Assembly: GCA_002269645.1 (NCBI GenBank)
Contig: NIVC01000232.1
Span: forward strand, 195,684 to 259,683
Length of the DNA stretch: 64,000 nt
Direction: 5' to 3'
From: Macrostomum lignano
Taxonomy: Eukaryota
Shown in pieces: positions 11,895 to 25,764 of the stretch (positions are counted from its first letter, which is position 1; the number at the start of each line of letters is the position of its first letter). The translations under genes were made by a program, and so were the position numbers. Below the pieces are notes generated by a model. The model did no database searches. It worked only from the letters and a program-made list of their open reading frames with translations, and was not told the DNA's origin.

Positions 11895-14585
11895 TTTGTG
11901 AAGTGTCTCTATGGTTTGTGACGTGTCTCTATGGTTTGTGAATTGTCTCTATGGTTTGTGACGTGTCTCTATGGTTTGTGACGTGTCTCTATGTTTTGTG
12001 AAGTGTCTCTATGGCTTTTGAAGTGTCTCTATGGTTTGTGAAGTGTCTCTATGGTTTGTGACGTGTCTCTATGGTTTGTGACGTGTCTATGGTTTGTGAA
12101 GTGTCTCTATGGTTTGTGACGTGTCTCTATGGTTTGTGACGTGTCTCTATGGTTTGTGACGTGTCTATGGTTTGTGAAGTGTCAGTGGTTTGTGAAGTGT
12201 CTCTATGGTTTGTGAAGTGTCAGTGGTTTGTGACGTGTCTCTATGGTTTGTGAAGTGTCTCTATGGTTTGTGAAGTGTCTCTATGGTTTGTGAAGTGTCT
12301 CTATGGTTTGTGAAGTGTCTCTATGGTTTGTGACGTGTCTCTATGGTTTGTGACGTGTCTCTATGGTTTGTGAAGTGTCTCTATGGTTTGTGAAGTGTCT
12401 CTATGGTTTGTGAATTGTCTCTATGGTTTGTGACGTGTCTCTATGGTTTGTGACGTGTCTCTATGTTTTGTGAAGTGTCTCTATGGCTTTTGAAGTGTCT
12501 CTATGGTTTGTGACGTGTCTCTATGGTTTGTTACGTGTCTCTATGGTTTGTGAAGTGTCTCTATGGTTTGTGAAGTGTCTCTATGGCTTTTGAAGTGTCT
12601 CTATGGCTTTTGAAGTGTCTCTATGGTTTGTGAAGTGTCTCTATGGTTTGTGACGTGTCTCTATGGTTTGTGAAGTGTCTCTATGGTTTGTGACGTGTCT
12701 CTATGGTTTGTGACGTGTCTCTATGGTTTGTGACGTGTCTCTATGGTTTGTGACGTGTCTCTATGGTTTGTGACGTGTCTCTATGGTTTGTGAAGTGTCT
12801 CTATGGTTTGTGACGTGTCTCTATGGTTTGTGACGTGTCTCTATGGTTTGTGAAGTGTCTCTATGGTTTGTGACGTGTCTCTATGGTTTGTGACGTGTCT
12901 CTATGTTTTGTGAAGTGTCTCTATGGCTTTTGAAGTGTCTCTATGGTTTGTGAAGTGTCTCTATGGTTTGTGACGTGTCTCTATGGTTTGTGACGTGTCT
13001 CTATGGTTTGTGAAGTGTCTCTATGGCTTTTGAAGTGTCTCTATGGTTTGTGAAGTGTCTCTATGGTTTGTGAAGTGTCTCTATGGTTTGTGAAGTGTCT
13101 CTATGGTTTGTGACGTGTCTCTATGGCTTTTGAAGTGTCTCTATGGTTTGTGAAGTGTCTCTATGGTTTGTGAAGTGTCTCTATGGTTTGTGAAGTGTCT
13201 CTATGGTTTGTGAAGTGTCTCTATGGTTTGTGAAGTGTCTCTATGGTTTGTGAAGTGTCTCTATGGTTTGTGAAGTGTCTCTATGGTTTGTGACGTGTCT
13301 CTATGGTTTGTGACGTGTCTCTATGGTTTGTGACGTGTCTCTATGGTTTGTGAAGTGTCTCTATGGCTTTTGAAGTGTCTCTATGGTTTGTGAAGTGTCT
13401 CTATGGTTTGTGAATTGTCTCTATGGTTTGTGACGTGTCTCTATGGTTTGTTACGTGTCTCTATGGTTTGTGAAGTGTCTCTATGGTTTGTGAAGTGTCT
13501 CTATGGTTTGTGAAGTGTCTCTATGGTTTGTGACGTGTCTCTATGGTTTGTGACGTGTCTCTATGGTTTGTGACGTGTCTCTATGGTTTGTGAAGTGTCT
13601 CTATGGTTTGTGACGTGTCTCTATGGTTTGTAAATTGTCTCTATGGTTTGTGACGTGTCTCTATGGTTTGTGAAGTGTCTCTATGGTTTGTGACGTGTCT
13701 CTGTGGTTTGTGACGTGTCTCTATGGTTTGTGAAGTGTCTCTATGGTTTGTGAAGTGTCTCTATGGTTTGTAAAGTGTCAGTGGTTTGTGAAGTGTCTCT
13801 ATGGTTTGTGAAGTGTCTCTATGGTTTGTGAAGTGTCTCTATGGTTTGTGACGTGTCTCTATGGTTTGTGAAGTGTCTCTATGGTTTGTGAAGTGTCTCT
13901 ATGGTTTGTGACGTGTCTCTATGGTTTGTAAAGTGTCAGTGGTTTGTGAAGTGTCTCTATGGTTTGTGAAGTGTCTCTATGGTTTGGGAAGTGTCTCTAT
14001 GGTTTGTGAAGTGTCTCTATGGTTTGTGACGTGTCTCTATGGTCTGTAAAGTGTCAGTGGTTTGTGAAGTGTCTCTATGGTTTGTGAAGTGTCTCTATGG
14101 TTTGGGAAGTGTCTCTATGGTTTGTGAAGTGTCTCTATGGTTTGTGACGTGTCTCTATGGTTTGTAAAGTGTCAGTGGTTTGTGAAGTGTCTCTATGGTT
14201 TGTGAAGTGTCTCTATGGTTTGTGAAGTGTCTCTATGGTTTGTGACGTGTCTCTATGGTTTGTGAAGTGTCTCTATGGTTTGTGACGTGTCTCTATGGTT
14301 TGTGACGTGTCTCTATGGTTTGTAAAGTGTCAGTGGTTTGTGAAGTGTCTCTATGGTTTGTGACGTGTCTCTATGGTTTGTGAAGTGTCTCTATGGTTTG
14401 TGAAGTGTCTCTATGGTTTGTGACGTGTCTCTATGGTTTGTAAAGTGTCAGTGGTTTGTGAAGTGTCTCTATGGTTTGTGAAGTGTCTCTATGGTTTGGG
14501 AAGTGTCTCTATGGTTTGTAAAGTGTCAGTGGTTTGTGAAGTGTCTCTATGGTTTGTGAAGTGTCTCTATGGTTTGTGAAGTGTC
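11895..14585. repeat. 20-bp minisatellite (CTATGGTTTGTGA[A/C]GTGTCT)n, about 2.7 kb
   Basis: Exact 20-bp column periodicity over more than 40 lines. Confidence 0.98.
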
Positions 14586-15027
14586 TGTGATTTCTAGAGT
14601 GTCCATATCCATGTTTTGTTAAGTATTATCTAGTACTAGTTTAGTAGTTGGCTAAGTTTCTCTGATCTTTAAGCTCCGTTTCTAATCCAGATATCCAACT
14701 TAAAGCGTCCTTGTCGGCTCTCCGCTGGCGCAGTGTGAATGAATGTTCCTCAATTTACTAGGGGCACCGGCCTCACCAGCCAACCAGAAGCCCCTTAGAC
14801 TCTCAGCTGATGTCCAATAAGATATTCTCCAATTACGATCCAGTAAAGCACGACTATTACTAAGGCTTAATGAACAAGGCAAATCTTGTAGTTATAGTTG
14901 TTATAACAAGCAGGTGGGTTGGTCAATTTAGGCAATTTATCTTCCCGAGCTCGTGTCACGAGTAAGGTCAAGAGGCAACAGCGACAGAACATGTCTCGGA
15001 GTAGTTCAGAGTAAAATAAAAGTCCAA

Positions 15028-15181
15028 ATGGAAAGCAGATTGACAATAATTTTTCTGATCCTGCTGCTACTTCAATGTGGCCTCGACGTTCAGTCTGTGG
15101 CTGTGATGGAGAACGGCGACTCCTCAGCACCTGGGCGACGATATGACAGCGACAGATCTCTGCTGAGAAGCAGCCATTTGG
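15028..15181 (+). CDS. Candidate signal-peptide-encoding first exon (MESRLTIIFLILLLLQCGLDVQSVAVMENGDSSAPGRRYDSDRSLLRSSHL-G); probably a distal alternative first exon of UNC5
   Basis: ATG at 15028, hydrophobic core IIFLILLLL, consensus donor G|GTGAGT at 15182, phase 1. In frame with the acceptor aaaatttcag|G at 28659 inside UNC5 exon 1. Confidence 0.5.
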
Positions 15182-15289
15182 GTGAGTGAGAAAGGCGAAA
15201 AATTCTGCTGCTTGCTTGAGATGACTCACTGTGCTCTCAGTCTCACCGATCTCATGTACCTCTCTGTCCATCTCTAATCTAAAGCACCG

Positions 15290-15905
15290 CCTATCTCACC
15301 GAGTCTATCTCTATCTCACCCTGTCTATCTCTTTCTCACCCTGTCTATCTATATCTCACCCTGTCTATCTCTGTCTTACCCTGTCTATCTCTATCTCACC
15401 CTGTCTATCGTTTTCTCCCCCTGCCTATCTCTATCTCATTCTCATCCTGTCTATATTTATCCCATTCTGTCTGTTTCTATCTCACCCTGTCTATCTCCAT
15501 CTCCCTCTGTATATCTCTATCTCATCCTGTTTATCTCTATCTCACCCTGTCTATCTCTATCTCACCCTGTCTATCTCTATCTCCCTCTGTATATCTCTAT
15601 CTCACCCTGTCTATCTCTATCTCACCCTGTCTATCTCTATCTCACCCTGTCTATCTCTATCTCACCCTGTCTATCTCTATCTCACCCTGTCTATCTCTAT
15701 CTCACCCTGTCTATCGTTTTCTCCCCCTGCCTATCTCTATCTCATTCTCATCCTGTCTATATTTATCCCATTCTGTCTGTTTCTATCTCACCCTGTCTAT
15801 CTCCATCTCCCTCTGTATATCTCTATCTCATCCTGTCTATCTCCATCTCATTCTGTCTATCTCTATCTCACCCCGTCTATCACTATCTCCCCCGTCTATA
15901 TCTTA
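15290..15905. repeat. CT-rich 20-bp minisatellite (CTCACCCTGTCTATCTCTAT)n
   Basis: Direct reading. Confidence 0.92.
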
Positions 15906-16284
15906 TCTTTATCTCACCATTCTTTCAATTTCACCGTAATCAATTCTCGTCACTTCCATTTCTGTCAAAACTGGAAGCAAAGCGATTTGTATTCAAATTA
16001 TTTCAGATCTAAATTAATTCTGTTACTCATTTTCCGCCAATAAATTAATTATAAGTCAGTTTCATACATGCAGACACCCATACCATACATAGAGTTCGTT
16101 AGTTCAGGGGTTCAGTCTGATTTTAATGTCACGGTTGCCTGGAGTGGCTAACCTCAGGAAATTTAGCTTCGCAATCTTAATTATGCTTAGAATTATGCAT
16201 AGATGGTGACACGACGGTAAGAGCCGCACATAGATGGTGACACGACGGTAAGAGCCGCACAACGCCAGAAAATTCACAAAAAAC

Positions 16285-16978
16285 TTGTAAAACCAACTGA
16301 ATGCAATGAGTAAAGTGAGGCTGTACCATAGACATTCTCAGCAAGTTGTAAAACCAACTAAAAGCATTGGAAAAAGTAAAGTTTTACCATAGACATTCGT
16401 AGTGGGTTTTGAAACCAACTAAAAGCATTGGAAAAAGTGAAGTTTTACCATAGACATTCGTAGTGGGTTTTGAAACCAACTAAAAGCATTGGAAAAAGTG
16501 AAGTTTTACCATCGAAATTCGTAGTGGGTTTTGAAACCAACTAAAAGCATTGCACAAAGTGAAGTTCTACCATAGACATTGTCAGTGGGTTTTGAAACCA
16601 ACTGAAAGCATTGCACAAAGTGAAGTTCTACCATAGACATTGTCAGTGGGTTTTGAAACCAACTGAAAGCATTGCACAAAGTGAAGTTCTACCATAGACA
16701 TTGTCAGTGGGTTTTGAAACCAACTGAAAGCATTGCACAAAGTGAAGTTCTACCATAGACATTGTCAGTGGGTTTTGAAACCAACTAAAAGCATTGCACA
16801 AAGTGAAGTTCTACCATAGACATTGTCAGTGGGTTTTGAAACCAACTAAAAGCATTGCACAAAGTGAAGTTCCACCATAGACATTGTCAGTGGGTTTTGA
16901 AACCAACTGAAAGCATTGCACAAAGTGAAGTTCTACCATAGACATTGTCAGTGGGTTTTGAAACCAACTGAAAGCAGT
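16285..16978. repeat. 61-bp minisatellite, about 11 copies (AAACCAACTGAAAGCATTGCACAAAGTGAAGTTCTACCATAGACATTGTCAGTGGGTTTTG)
   Basis: Period 61 (gaaaccaact at 16411, 16472, ...). No unique spacers. Preceded by a 31-bp direct duplication at about 16200-16260. Confidence 0.95.
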
Positions 16979-17419
16979 GGACCTGCGTACTCGTTTCCTG
17001 AACTACATAAAACTTTATCCAAATCTGACTCTAAAAGAAGCCACTAAAATCTATAAATGAATTATTGCTAACTGCCCAGTTGGAAGTTCACAAATATTAA
17101 GACCGCATTAAGATCATATCTAGTCCTGTAGGTTGCTTATCAGCAGCTTAAACACTGAGGCCTTGGGTGCCGGTTTACTATTCCCACGGGATTATAAACT
17201 CACTCAACCTTAATGAGGCATTCGTTAGTGATTAGAACTCCTTTTTTAACCGATGTCTCTTCTCTCAAAGACTTGTTGGTTTAGCAAGATAAGTCTAAGC
17301 TGGTGTTCTATATTTGAGCATGAATTATTGGCTTGTTTTTTGAGTCGGTTTGATAAAAAACTTATTTAGGATTTTATTACCCGGGGTTGAGTTGGATGCA
17401 GTAAAATTAAGGCTCACAC

Positions 17420-18050
17420 TGGAGAGGGGAGTCACCCAGAAGGGGAGTAATACATAAGAGGGGGGTCACACAGGATAAAGAGAGGGGTCACACTGGATAT
17501 AGAGGGATCACACTGGATATAGAGGGGTCACACAGGACAGGAAAGAGGGGTCACACAGGACAGAGAGGGGTCACACAGGAACAGGATAGAGAGGGGTCAC
17601 ACAGGAACAGGATAGAGAGGGGTCACACAGGATAGAGAGGGGTCACACAGGAACAGGATAGAGAGGGGTCACACAGGAACAGGATAGAGAGGGGTCACAC
17701 AGGAACATGATAGAGAGGGGTCACACAGGAACAGGATAGAGAGGGGTCACACAGGATAGAGAGGGGTCACATAGGAACAGGATAGAGAGGGGTCACACAG
17801 GAATAGGATAGGGAGGGGTCACACAGGATAGAGAGGGGTCACACAGGAACAAGGATAGAGAGGGGTCACACAGGATAGAGAGGGGTCACATAGGAACAGG
17901 ATAGAGAGGGGTCACACAGGAACAAGGATAGAGAGGGGTCACACAGGATAGAGAGGGGTCACATAGGAACAGGATAGAGAGGGGTCACACAGGAACAAGG
18001 ATAGAGAGGGGTCACACAGGATAGAGAGGAGTCACACAGGAGAAGAGGGG
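17420..18050. repeat. 20/26-bp minisatellite (GGATAGAGAGGGGTCACACA[GGAACA])n
   Basis: Direct reading. Confidence 0.93.
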
Positions 18051-19227
18051 TCAGACAGTCACTAATCAAGCAGGTGAGTGATCAGAATTTTGGTTCCCCG
18101 TCTCGATGAGTCATGATTTTGTCAATCAAAAAAATGTTATTTTTTTCAAGAATCGGAATCCAGGCACAAAACCTACAACTACAAGCAGTACAATGTATCT
18201 GTTCCTAACCAGAAAAAGTCAATTGCATTAAGTCAAGTAATTTTTCCTATTCTCTTGGTATTGTTTATATCTATCCCCGTATTTCAGTGCATTGCGTCCA
18301 TTTCTAGAAGCCAAGATCAAGAACACACACCGACAGACACGCACAACAGATATATTGGCCTACAATACAATACAATAATGTTCATACAATAAACCGCAAC
18401 TTCCATCAGTATAAGGCTTTTTTGCTTCTGGTTTGGTTGTCTAAAATAACCCCCTGCCTTGGCCCCCAGTTCCAACATTTCTATTACATCTCCCCACTGT
18501 TCCCTTTCTTTATAATCCCCCCCCCCTACATGCCCATAACAACACGCGCACGCAATGGCCACTTCCCCAATGCTCCCAGACCAGACCAGACAAGACCAGA
18601 GCAACCCCCATCCACCCCCAAGAAGTCCCGCACGCGACGCTACCCTGTGCTTTTCGTTGTAAAAATGCAAAAGTATAAAGAATAACTAAGCTGGGTGCTG
18701 TGACTAGGGGATCTTGTTGGGAAATAATTAAGACTTTTTATGAGGCGCACAAGCACAAACCGTGAACCAATTGACGAGTCTGCATGCTGCTTCATCAAAT
18801 TTGTCTAATTTGACCTACCACTATTTTAGTAAGGTTTCAATATATTCTCAAGTCTTGATCACGGTTGCTACCAAACACAACCCGAACTAACCCATATCAC
18901 ATTTCCAACTCTACCTCAAGTTTCTAAGTTTTAAGGTTTTATATTATGCTCTTTGCCATTGAGCTCAGCTGAATGAGTGCGTCCAAACTTTAACGGGGGA
19001 TTTCTCGTTTGTATAAACCTGGTCAAAAGCTGCAAAATTTATGGTTAAAATCAATAACACATTATGCTTTTTTAACTAGCATTAAGGATGTATCATTGTC
19101 AAGGATATGTTCGCACAGATTTTAAGAACAATAAAGCCATTGGTATCCTTCCCAGATCCTTCCATCCTCCCAGATCCTCCCGGATACTCACAGATCCTTC
19201 CATTTTCACGGATCTTTCCATCTAAAG

Positions 19228-19765
19228 TGCCATCCCTGAAGCGCACTCCCTGAAGCGCCATTCTTGAAGTACCATACCTAAAGTGGGCTCCCTGAAGAGC
19301 CATCCCTGAAGCGCCGTCCCTGAAGCGACATCCCTGAAGTGCCATCCCTGAAGCGCCATCCCTAAAGCGCCATCCCTAAAGCGCCATCCCTGAAGCGCCA
19401 TCCCTGAAGCGTCATCCCTGAAGTGCCATCCCTGAAGCGACATCCCTGAAGTGCCATCCCTGAAGCACCATTCCTGAAGCGACATCCCTGAAGTGCCATC
19501 ACTGAAGCGACATCCCTGAAGTGCCATCCCTGAAGCACCATTCCTGAAGCGACATCCCTGAAGCGCCATCCCTGAAGCGCCATCCCTGAAGCGCCATCCC
19601 TGAAGCGCCATCCCTGAAGCGACATTCCTGAAGCGCCATCCCTGAAGCGACATCCCTGAAGCGTCATCCCTGAAGCGCCATCCCTAAAGCGACATCCCTG
19701 AAGCGCCGTCCCTGAAGCGCCATCCCTGAAGCGCCATCCCTGAAGCGTCATCTCTGAAGCGCCAC
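19228..19765. repeat. 14-bp minisatellite (GCGCCATCCCTGAA)n
   Basis: Direct reading. Confidence 0.93.
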
Positions 19766-20389
19766 GCTTCATAGCGCAGTCTTTGAAAGCTGACTCACCA
19801 GCTTCAGCTTCCTAATCACACGGTACAGACGGACTGTTTGGGTTTATACATAGTCAACGCTTGTTTCTAAGACTTTCTTATAATGTAAACCCAGGAGTAA
19901 TACAGCATCAAAACTGAAACCTACCCGAGATTTAGAGGATTATACAGCCACTGAGGGACCATTTTTTTCTACTTTTACGAGTATAAATTCTAATTAGGAT
20001 AATTTCTACCAGCGAAGACCTTACATGCACTTGTCAAGGTAATATACTATAGTAAAGGCAGTAATTTCCATTAGCTATCTACAATCTTGCCACTTCAATA
20101 ATCCCTTATTGGGGTCTGTTATATAAATCTGCTATGGTCTATTCCAGAATTTTTATTGGGGCTTTGGAGGATGGATTATGATAATCATAATTTTGCTGCG
20201 CATTATTTCTGACTGATTTTTACCCTCCACCGTTTGCTGGAGTACCCTGTCTGATGCTGTGGAGACTTGTCTACGTATTTTCTCGCTAATAATTCGGTTT
20301 AAGACATTTGCCTTTTTATATGACAGATGGATTATGAGCTAAGCTAGCGCTAGCGGTGGGTCAATATGGTGCGCTTGCTTTTGACAGAC

Positions 20390-20650
20390 TGGGGGTCAGG
20401 TCATTGGGGTCATTGGGGTCATTGGGGTCAGAGAGGAGAGGAAGGGTCAGACAGGAGAGGGTCAGGCAGGAGAGGGTCAGACAGGAGAGGGTCAGGCAGG
20501 AGAGGGTCAGACAGGAGAGGAAGGGTCAGACAGGAGAGGGTCAGGCAGAAGAGGGTCAGGCAGGAGAGAGTCAGACAGGAGAGGGTCAGACAGGAGAGGG
20601 TCAGGCAGAAGAGGGTCAGACAGGACAGGGTCAGACAGGAGAGGAAGGGT
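20390..20650. repeat. 15-bp minisatellite (GGGTCAGACAGGAGA)n
   Basis: Direct reading. Confidence 0.9.
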
Positions 20651-21334
20651 CAATCATATTCATGTTTCTTTTAACTGGTATCCATGAAGGATAAGAATGA
20701 ATCAGCTTGTTTGCTTGCTCGAAAAAGCAGTCAGTTTCCTAGATCACGACGGAATGAATTTGGATGACGTCACCATCACCATCACCAGCTCAAACAGTGA
20801 TTAAATCGCTTTTTATCGCGTCCAAAAATGAGACTGAGGATGTGAACGAGGCCTCATCAGTTAGTCGGAGTAAATGACGTAATCAGTTTTTTTCTTAACA
20901 CACAGAAAAAAAGATTTTCAAAGAGGCCAAAATCGTTATCTGTCGGGGTTTTGTTCCTGAGCTCGCTGAGTTCACCATCTCATAGGAGTGATTGACACGC
21001 AGATAAGAGCCCGGCGTATAGGGAATACTTAGGAAGTTTTTTCCCTCTGTTGATCCGCTTCTAACCCCAGTAGCCGGGTTATTAATTATGATTTTCGATG
21101 TCTAGTCACGACTTCACAATGTTCAATAATGGCTCCTCCACATTATATTTTAGCTGATTAATGGGTTTCTTTAACTACGATTTAGTGCTCCAATGGCCTG
21201 AGGACATGTAATATTAACAAAGCTGAAGCCAAGGACTGCGTTTCTTGGGATTTATACTCTCGACAATCCGTGACGGTCTCGAGTAGGGGTCGGCAATTTT
21301 TTTACCTTAAGGGCCAGATTTAGAACCTAGCGCA

Positions 21335-22025
21335 TAACTGCGGGACTGAGAGAGAAGAGAGAAAGTAGTGAATAGAGAAGAAAAAAAGAAGAGAGGAGTG
21401 AGAGGAGAGGGGAGAGAGGAGAGGGGAGAGAGGAGAGACGAGAGGGGAGAGAGGAGGGGAAGAGAGAATAGGGAAGAGAGGAAGTGGAGAGTGGAGAGAG
21501 GAGAGGGGATAGAGGGGAGCGAGGAGAGGGGACGGGAGAGAGAAGAGACGAGAGGGAAGAGAAGAGAGAGGAGAGAGGACAGGAGCGGGGAAGAGGGAAG
21601 AGAGGAGAGTGGAGAGAGGAGAGAGGAGAGGGGAGAGAGGAGAGACGAGAGGGGAGAGAGGAGAGGGGAGAGACGAGGGGGGAGGGAGGAGAGACGAGAG
21701 GGGAGAGAGGAGAGGGGAGAGACGAGAGGAGAGAGAGGAGAGGTGAGAGACGAGAGGGCAGAGAGGACAAAGGGAGAGAGGAGAAAGGGAGAGAGGAGAA
21801 AGGGAGAGAGGAGAAAGGGAGAGAGGAGAAAGGGAGAGAGGAGAAAGGGAGAGAGGAGAAAGGGAGAGAGGAGAAAGGGAGAGAGGAGAAAGGGAGAGAG
21901 GAGAAAGGGAAAGTTAAGAGTGGAGAGGAGATAAGAAAGAAGAAGACAGCTGAGAAGACAATCCTTGAATGTGCCAGATTGCTATTGTGGAGTTTCAAAG
22001 GACCCGAGGGCCGGATAGAGAGGCT
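21335..22025 (+). repeat. Dispersed repeat copy 1 (ACTGCGGGA - GA-rich tract - GCCAGATTGCTA...GTTTCAAAGGA...GCCGGAT.GAGAGGC), containing a 14-bp GAGAGGAGAAAGGG array
   Basis: Both unique ends match 23790-24007 in the same orientation. Confidence 0.75.
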
Positions 22026-23789
22026 TCGCGGGACGGAGTTAGCCTACCCCTGCTCCAGAGAGTCCACCCAGAGGTCCATGAGGCGAAGCGAAAATCGACA
22101 AAAAGAAAATCATAATCCGTGGGAGTTCCTGCTAAGCATTTGGTGTCCAATTTCTGTGTCTCTAAGTCATCTGCCACCAAAATTTATCTCTCTTTCTGAT
22201 TAAAGAGTAATTATATAGTTTTAGCAGAATTTAATTGTCTAGATACTTAAAAGAATAATCTATTCGAAATAGAGGCAGTTTTTTACTGGTCTAAAATCTG
22301 TAATTTCCTGTAAGGTTATTAAAACTTGAACAGTCGGACAGTACAAAAAATCACAGCAATCACACACACACAGTTGACACTTGACAGCAACTGGGAAATC
22401 ATCGAACTATTGGGCTTCTTGTGCATTTTTTCGGCAGATAACAAAAAGCAGAAGCCCACTTCAAAGATTGGCATGACATGCCCAACTATGAATGCGCTGG
22501 GCCACAAGCAGCATGCATTAACATTACATTTTAGCTATTACAACACAGCCAAGAGCCACTGTCTCTAACCCCACCCCAAGCCCTAAGCCACCCACTATAT
22601 TGCCATGCAAGGCCCTTTTTGGAACAATTATCAAGCCAATGGGGTTTCAATGAGAGAGAAAAAAAATAGACAGAAGCAGAGAGAGAGAGAGAGATAGACT
22701 GCCAGCCGCCACTGTCTCCGCTGCAGCCACAGCCGCCGCCGCGCGGCGCCGCCGTCGCCAGCGCCAACCTCCACGCCCCCCTAGTTGGATTGGCGAGCCC
22801 CCAGCGGCCCTTCCCTTTCGTCGGTCCAACATGGCACAGACAGCACAGACAGGCCGGTTCCCCACCTCCTCTTCCCCCTGTCATGTTTTAGGCCAGCCCC
22901 CCCCCCACCCAAATTGTCAATGGTCCACATGCCTGTCTACCCAGTGCCCGCTTGTGGTGGGTATCTGAGTGAGCGAGTGTGTCTGGCCCTGTGGCGACAG
23001 TCAGTCTCTGCCGATGCCAATCTCTCTCTCTGTGTGTGGTGTGTGTGTGTGTGTCAACCCCTCCTCCCTCCTTCACTCAGTCTGTATATGAATGAATTAG
23101 TGTATTGTGTTAGGTAGCTGTGCGCATTTCTGTTGGCATGCGACTGTAAAGGCCCCTCCTCTTTATGCCAAGCCATACATATAAATCTATTATATTATAA
23201 GCATGTGGTGGATTGGCCTTACTCTCAAAGCGGGACAGGCAACCCCAAGTCAACGCTTGTTGTTGTGCTCTTCATCTGTCTCTCTCTCTCTCTATTTGAC
23301 CAGTTGTAACTCTTAGAGGACCGACTTACTTGATGAATGAAAGAAAAGATGGATTATCAACTAAAGTCTGCCCTGTGGTCTGATATGTTCTGGTATCAAG
23401 GATTAGATCTACCGGTATAAAAAATTTCCCTATTGTTGTCATCTCGTGTGACACTTGACCGCGGCCCGCGGGCTATCATTTCATCCTTAAACTTAATAGA
23501 ATAAATTTTAAAACGATTTCTAGAAAGGTTCCTTCCTAGACAGGATTCTCTGAAGGAGCTCATACACTTATTTATAGTCTTTTGATAACTTCGCTCTGGA
23601 TATTTTGTAATGATCAGATTATTCTAGAAATATCAATTTACGGAGCCAAGGCGAGTGCGCAGTAAATTTTGAAGTATTTTTATTTTTCGATTTAAAAATC
23701 GAAGCATGCTACTCTTAGTAGAGGCTCTAGTAGCTGCAACGGCTTTTTAATCCAAAGAGTCGGCAAACGATCAGACAGAGAAACCAGCT

Positions 23790-24007
23790 CATGACTGCGG
23801 GAAAGAGAGGGAAGAGAAGGAGTGGGAATAGAGAACAAAGAGCAGAAATAAAGAATGGAGAAAGGAACAAGGTGTGGTAATAAAGTAGAAGCGAGTAGAC
23901 AAGACATGAGGAGAGAGGAGAGAAGAGGAGAGACGAGAGACGAGAAAGACGGCCAGATTGCTACTATGAAGTTTCAAAGGATCCGGAGAGCCGGATGGAG
24001 AGGCCCA
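23790..24007 (+). repeat. Dispersed repeat copy 2 (shorter GA tract)
   Basis: actgcggga at the start and gccagattgctactatgaagtttcaaaggatccggagagccggatggagaggc at the end, similar to 21335-22025. Confidence 0.75.
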
Positions 24008-25764
24008 ATTTTAATGTATTTTTTTATTTTATGTTTCCTTTTTTCTTCTAAAATTTGGTCCACGACAGCCACACGCCTTACGCGTCAGTTGTCGTCCAGC
24101 AATAGTATTGCATTGACGCAACGAATGAAAATAATTTATTTTTCTAATATACCCTAAGCCTATTGAAGCTGCTTTCGGGCAGCCAAAAAGAGCCATTTGG
24201 CCAACGGGAAAAGGTCGATAGTGATATGCTGCTAGGGAATTGCGCAAAGCAAAACTGAAGCCGGACTTCGAACGCGAGTGCAAGCACACACACACAGACA
24301 GGGACACACAATCACTTGCAGACAGTTTTGTTGTCTGCCGACAAAAACGCAATTTCAATTCCCTGTCTTTACGCCAACTTCTGTTGCCTAAAATCCAGTC
24401 TGTTCCGCGCGTCCCCAGTGCTATAGGATTTCCTGGGAAGTGGGAGGTCCATTGGAATGCCACAAACGGTGTTCAACACAACTGAATTGGCAAAATTCTA
24501 ATCTAAGGACAAGGCTGCTATGCTATGGACAGCATCAGCCTATTACGCTTAGGTATGCGGTACGAGACCGAGACCTCTTCGCTCTGTAAGCTTGCTATCC
24601 TGATACCATAGCAACGTTATCTTTCTGAAGAAGTGAGGAATGGCAGTGCGAGAATGAAAATTATTTCCGTTATGAAGGGAAAAACTTGCTGGAAAGTCAA
24701 ATCATTCTCTTTCTCCGTTTTTGCGTTTCGATAGGAAAATCTTTCCGCTTGGGGGGGGGGGGTTCAGATGAAAGGCCCGATGCAATATCAGCCTGAAATA
24801 TCTTCGAATAGGAGGCAGTTTTGAAGGTCTAATCATTGAGCTCCATCTAGTCTCCACGTCGCTTCTATCGTCTCTGTGCATGGCGCAACCCCCAAAGCCA
24901 GTTAGTTGACCAGCTGTTGCGCTCTCGGGGAAGAATTATTGAAATATCCTACTTTCTGTTTTAGTTTTTGGGAATACGTGCTTTATAAATCCTTCGTAAT
25001 GCTACATTTCTGCGAAGGTAAAACTGTAATCTGTCTGTCTGAGCTGAACTGCACCGAATGTTGCGCCCCTCATCTAAGGTGAATTGCATAATCCACAGAT
25101 TTAGAGTTTTAAAGTTAAGACCCGGCACTCCTAATCTTTTCTGGTAATCTTGTGAAAGTAAGACAGAGCAAGCAAAGCAGAAATCGACATGCCTGGCCGT
25201 GTGGGGGCTTCAAGTATAACGCTTTCAGAAAAGTTGAAGAAGTTCTTGCTTGCGACAGAAAATTTTTTCCCCATTTTCTAAATCTGTTAAAACTTCGCGA
25301 CTTCTTTAGTTTACTGACTTTAGTTTGTCTTCAGTTGAATTCACGATTGTCCTACCGAAGACCCAGAAGCGCCACATGTCCCTGACCGTCAATTCTCCTG
25401 TTCGCTGCCCGACTAACTGCAGCTGGCTTTGCTGAACTAACCAGTGCCAGTCCCAAGTCCAGCCCACACGAGGAATCCGTCTGTCGTTTCCTGGGGCTCC
25501 TATGATGATACATTCATGCATTTTATCTGCGATTCCCACAAAAGCTGGTCAAGTCCTGGCAAAGAGGAACTGCTGCTCTTTTAAGTCCGCTCAAAATCTT
25601 CACGATAATCTTGACATCAAAAGGCAAAGGCCAAAGTTCCAATTTCTTCAAAAAATCAATAGTAATGACTCATTTAATAAAAAATGAGCTCATTTTAGAA
25701 AGTTAGGAATACATACCCACTGGCGTAGCCATGATTTCTAAATTCTAATTAGGGTATATTGCGC

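Noticed and set aside
16285-16978. 61-bp repeats containing GTTTTGAAAC, superficially like a CRISPR repeat
   Set aside because: Units are head-to-tail with no unique spacers, there are no cas genes, and the context is eukaryotic.
18059-18073. 15-nt phase 1-1 microexon candidate before a G|GTGAGT donor in the putative long UNC5 intron
   Set aside because: The acceptor context is purine-rich repeat sequence with no pyrimidine tract.
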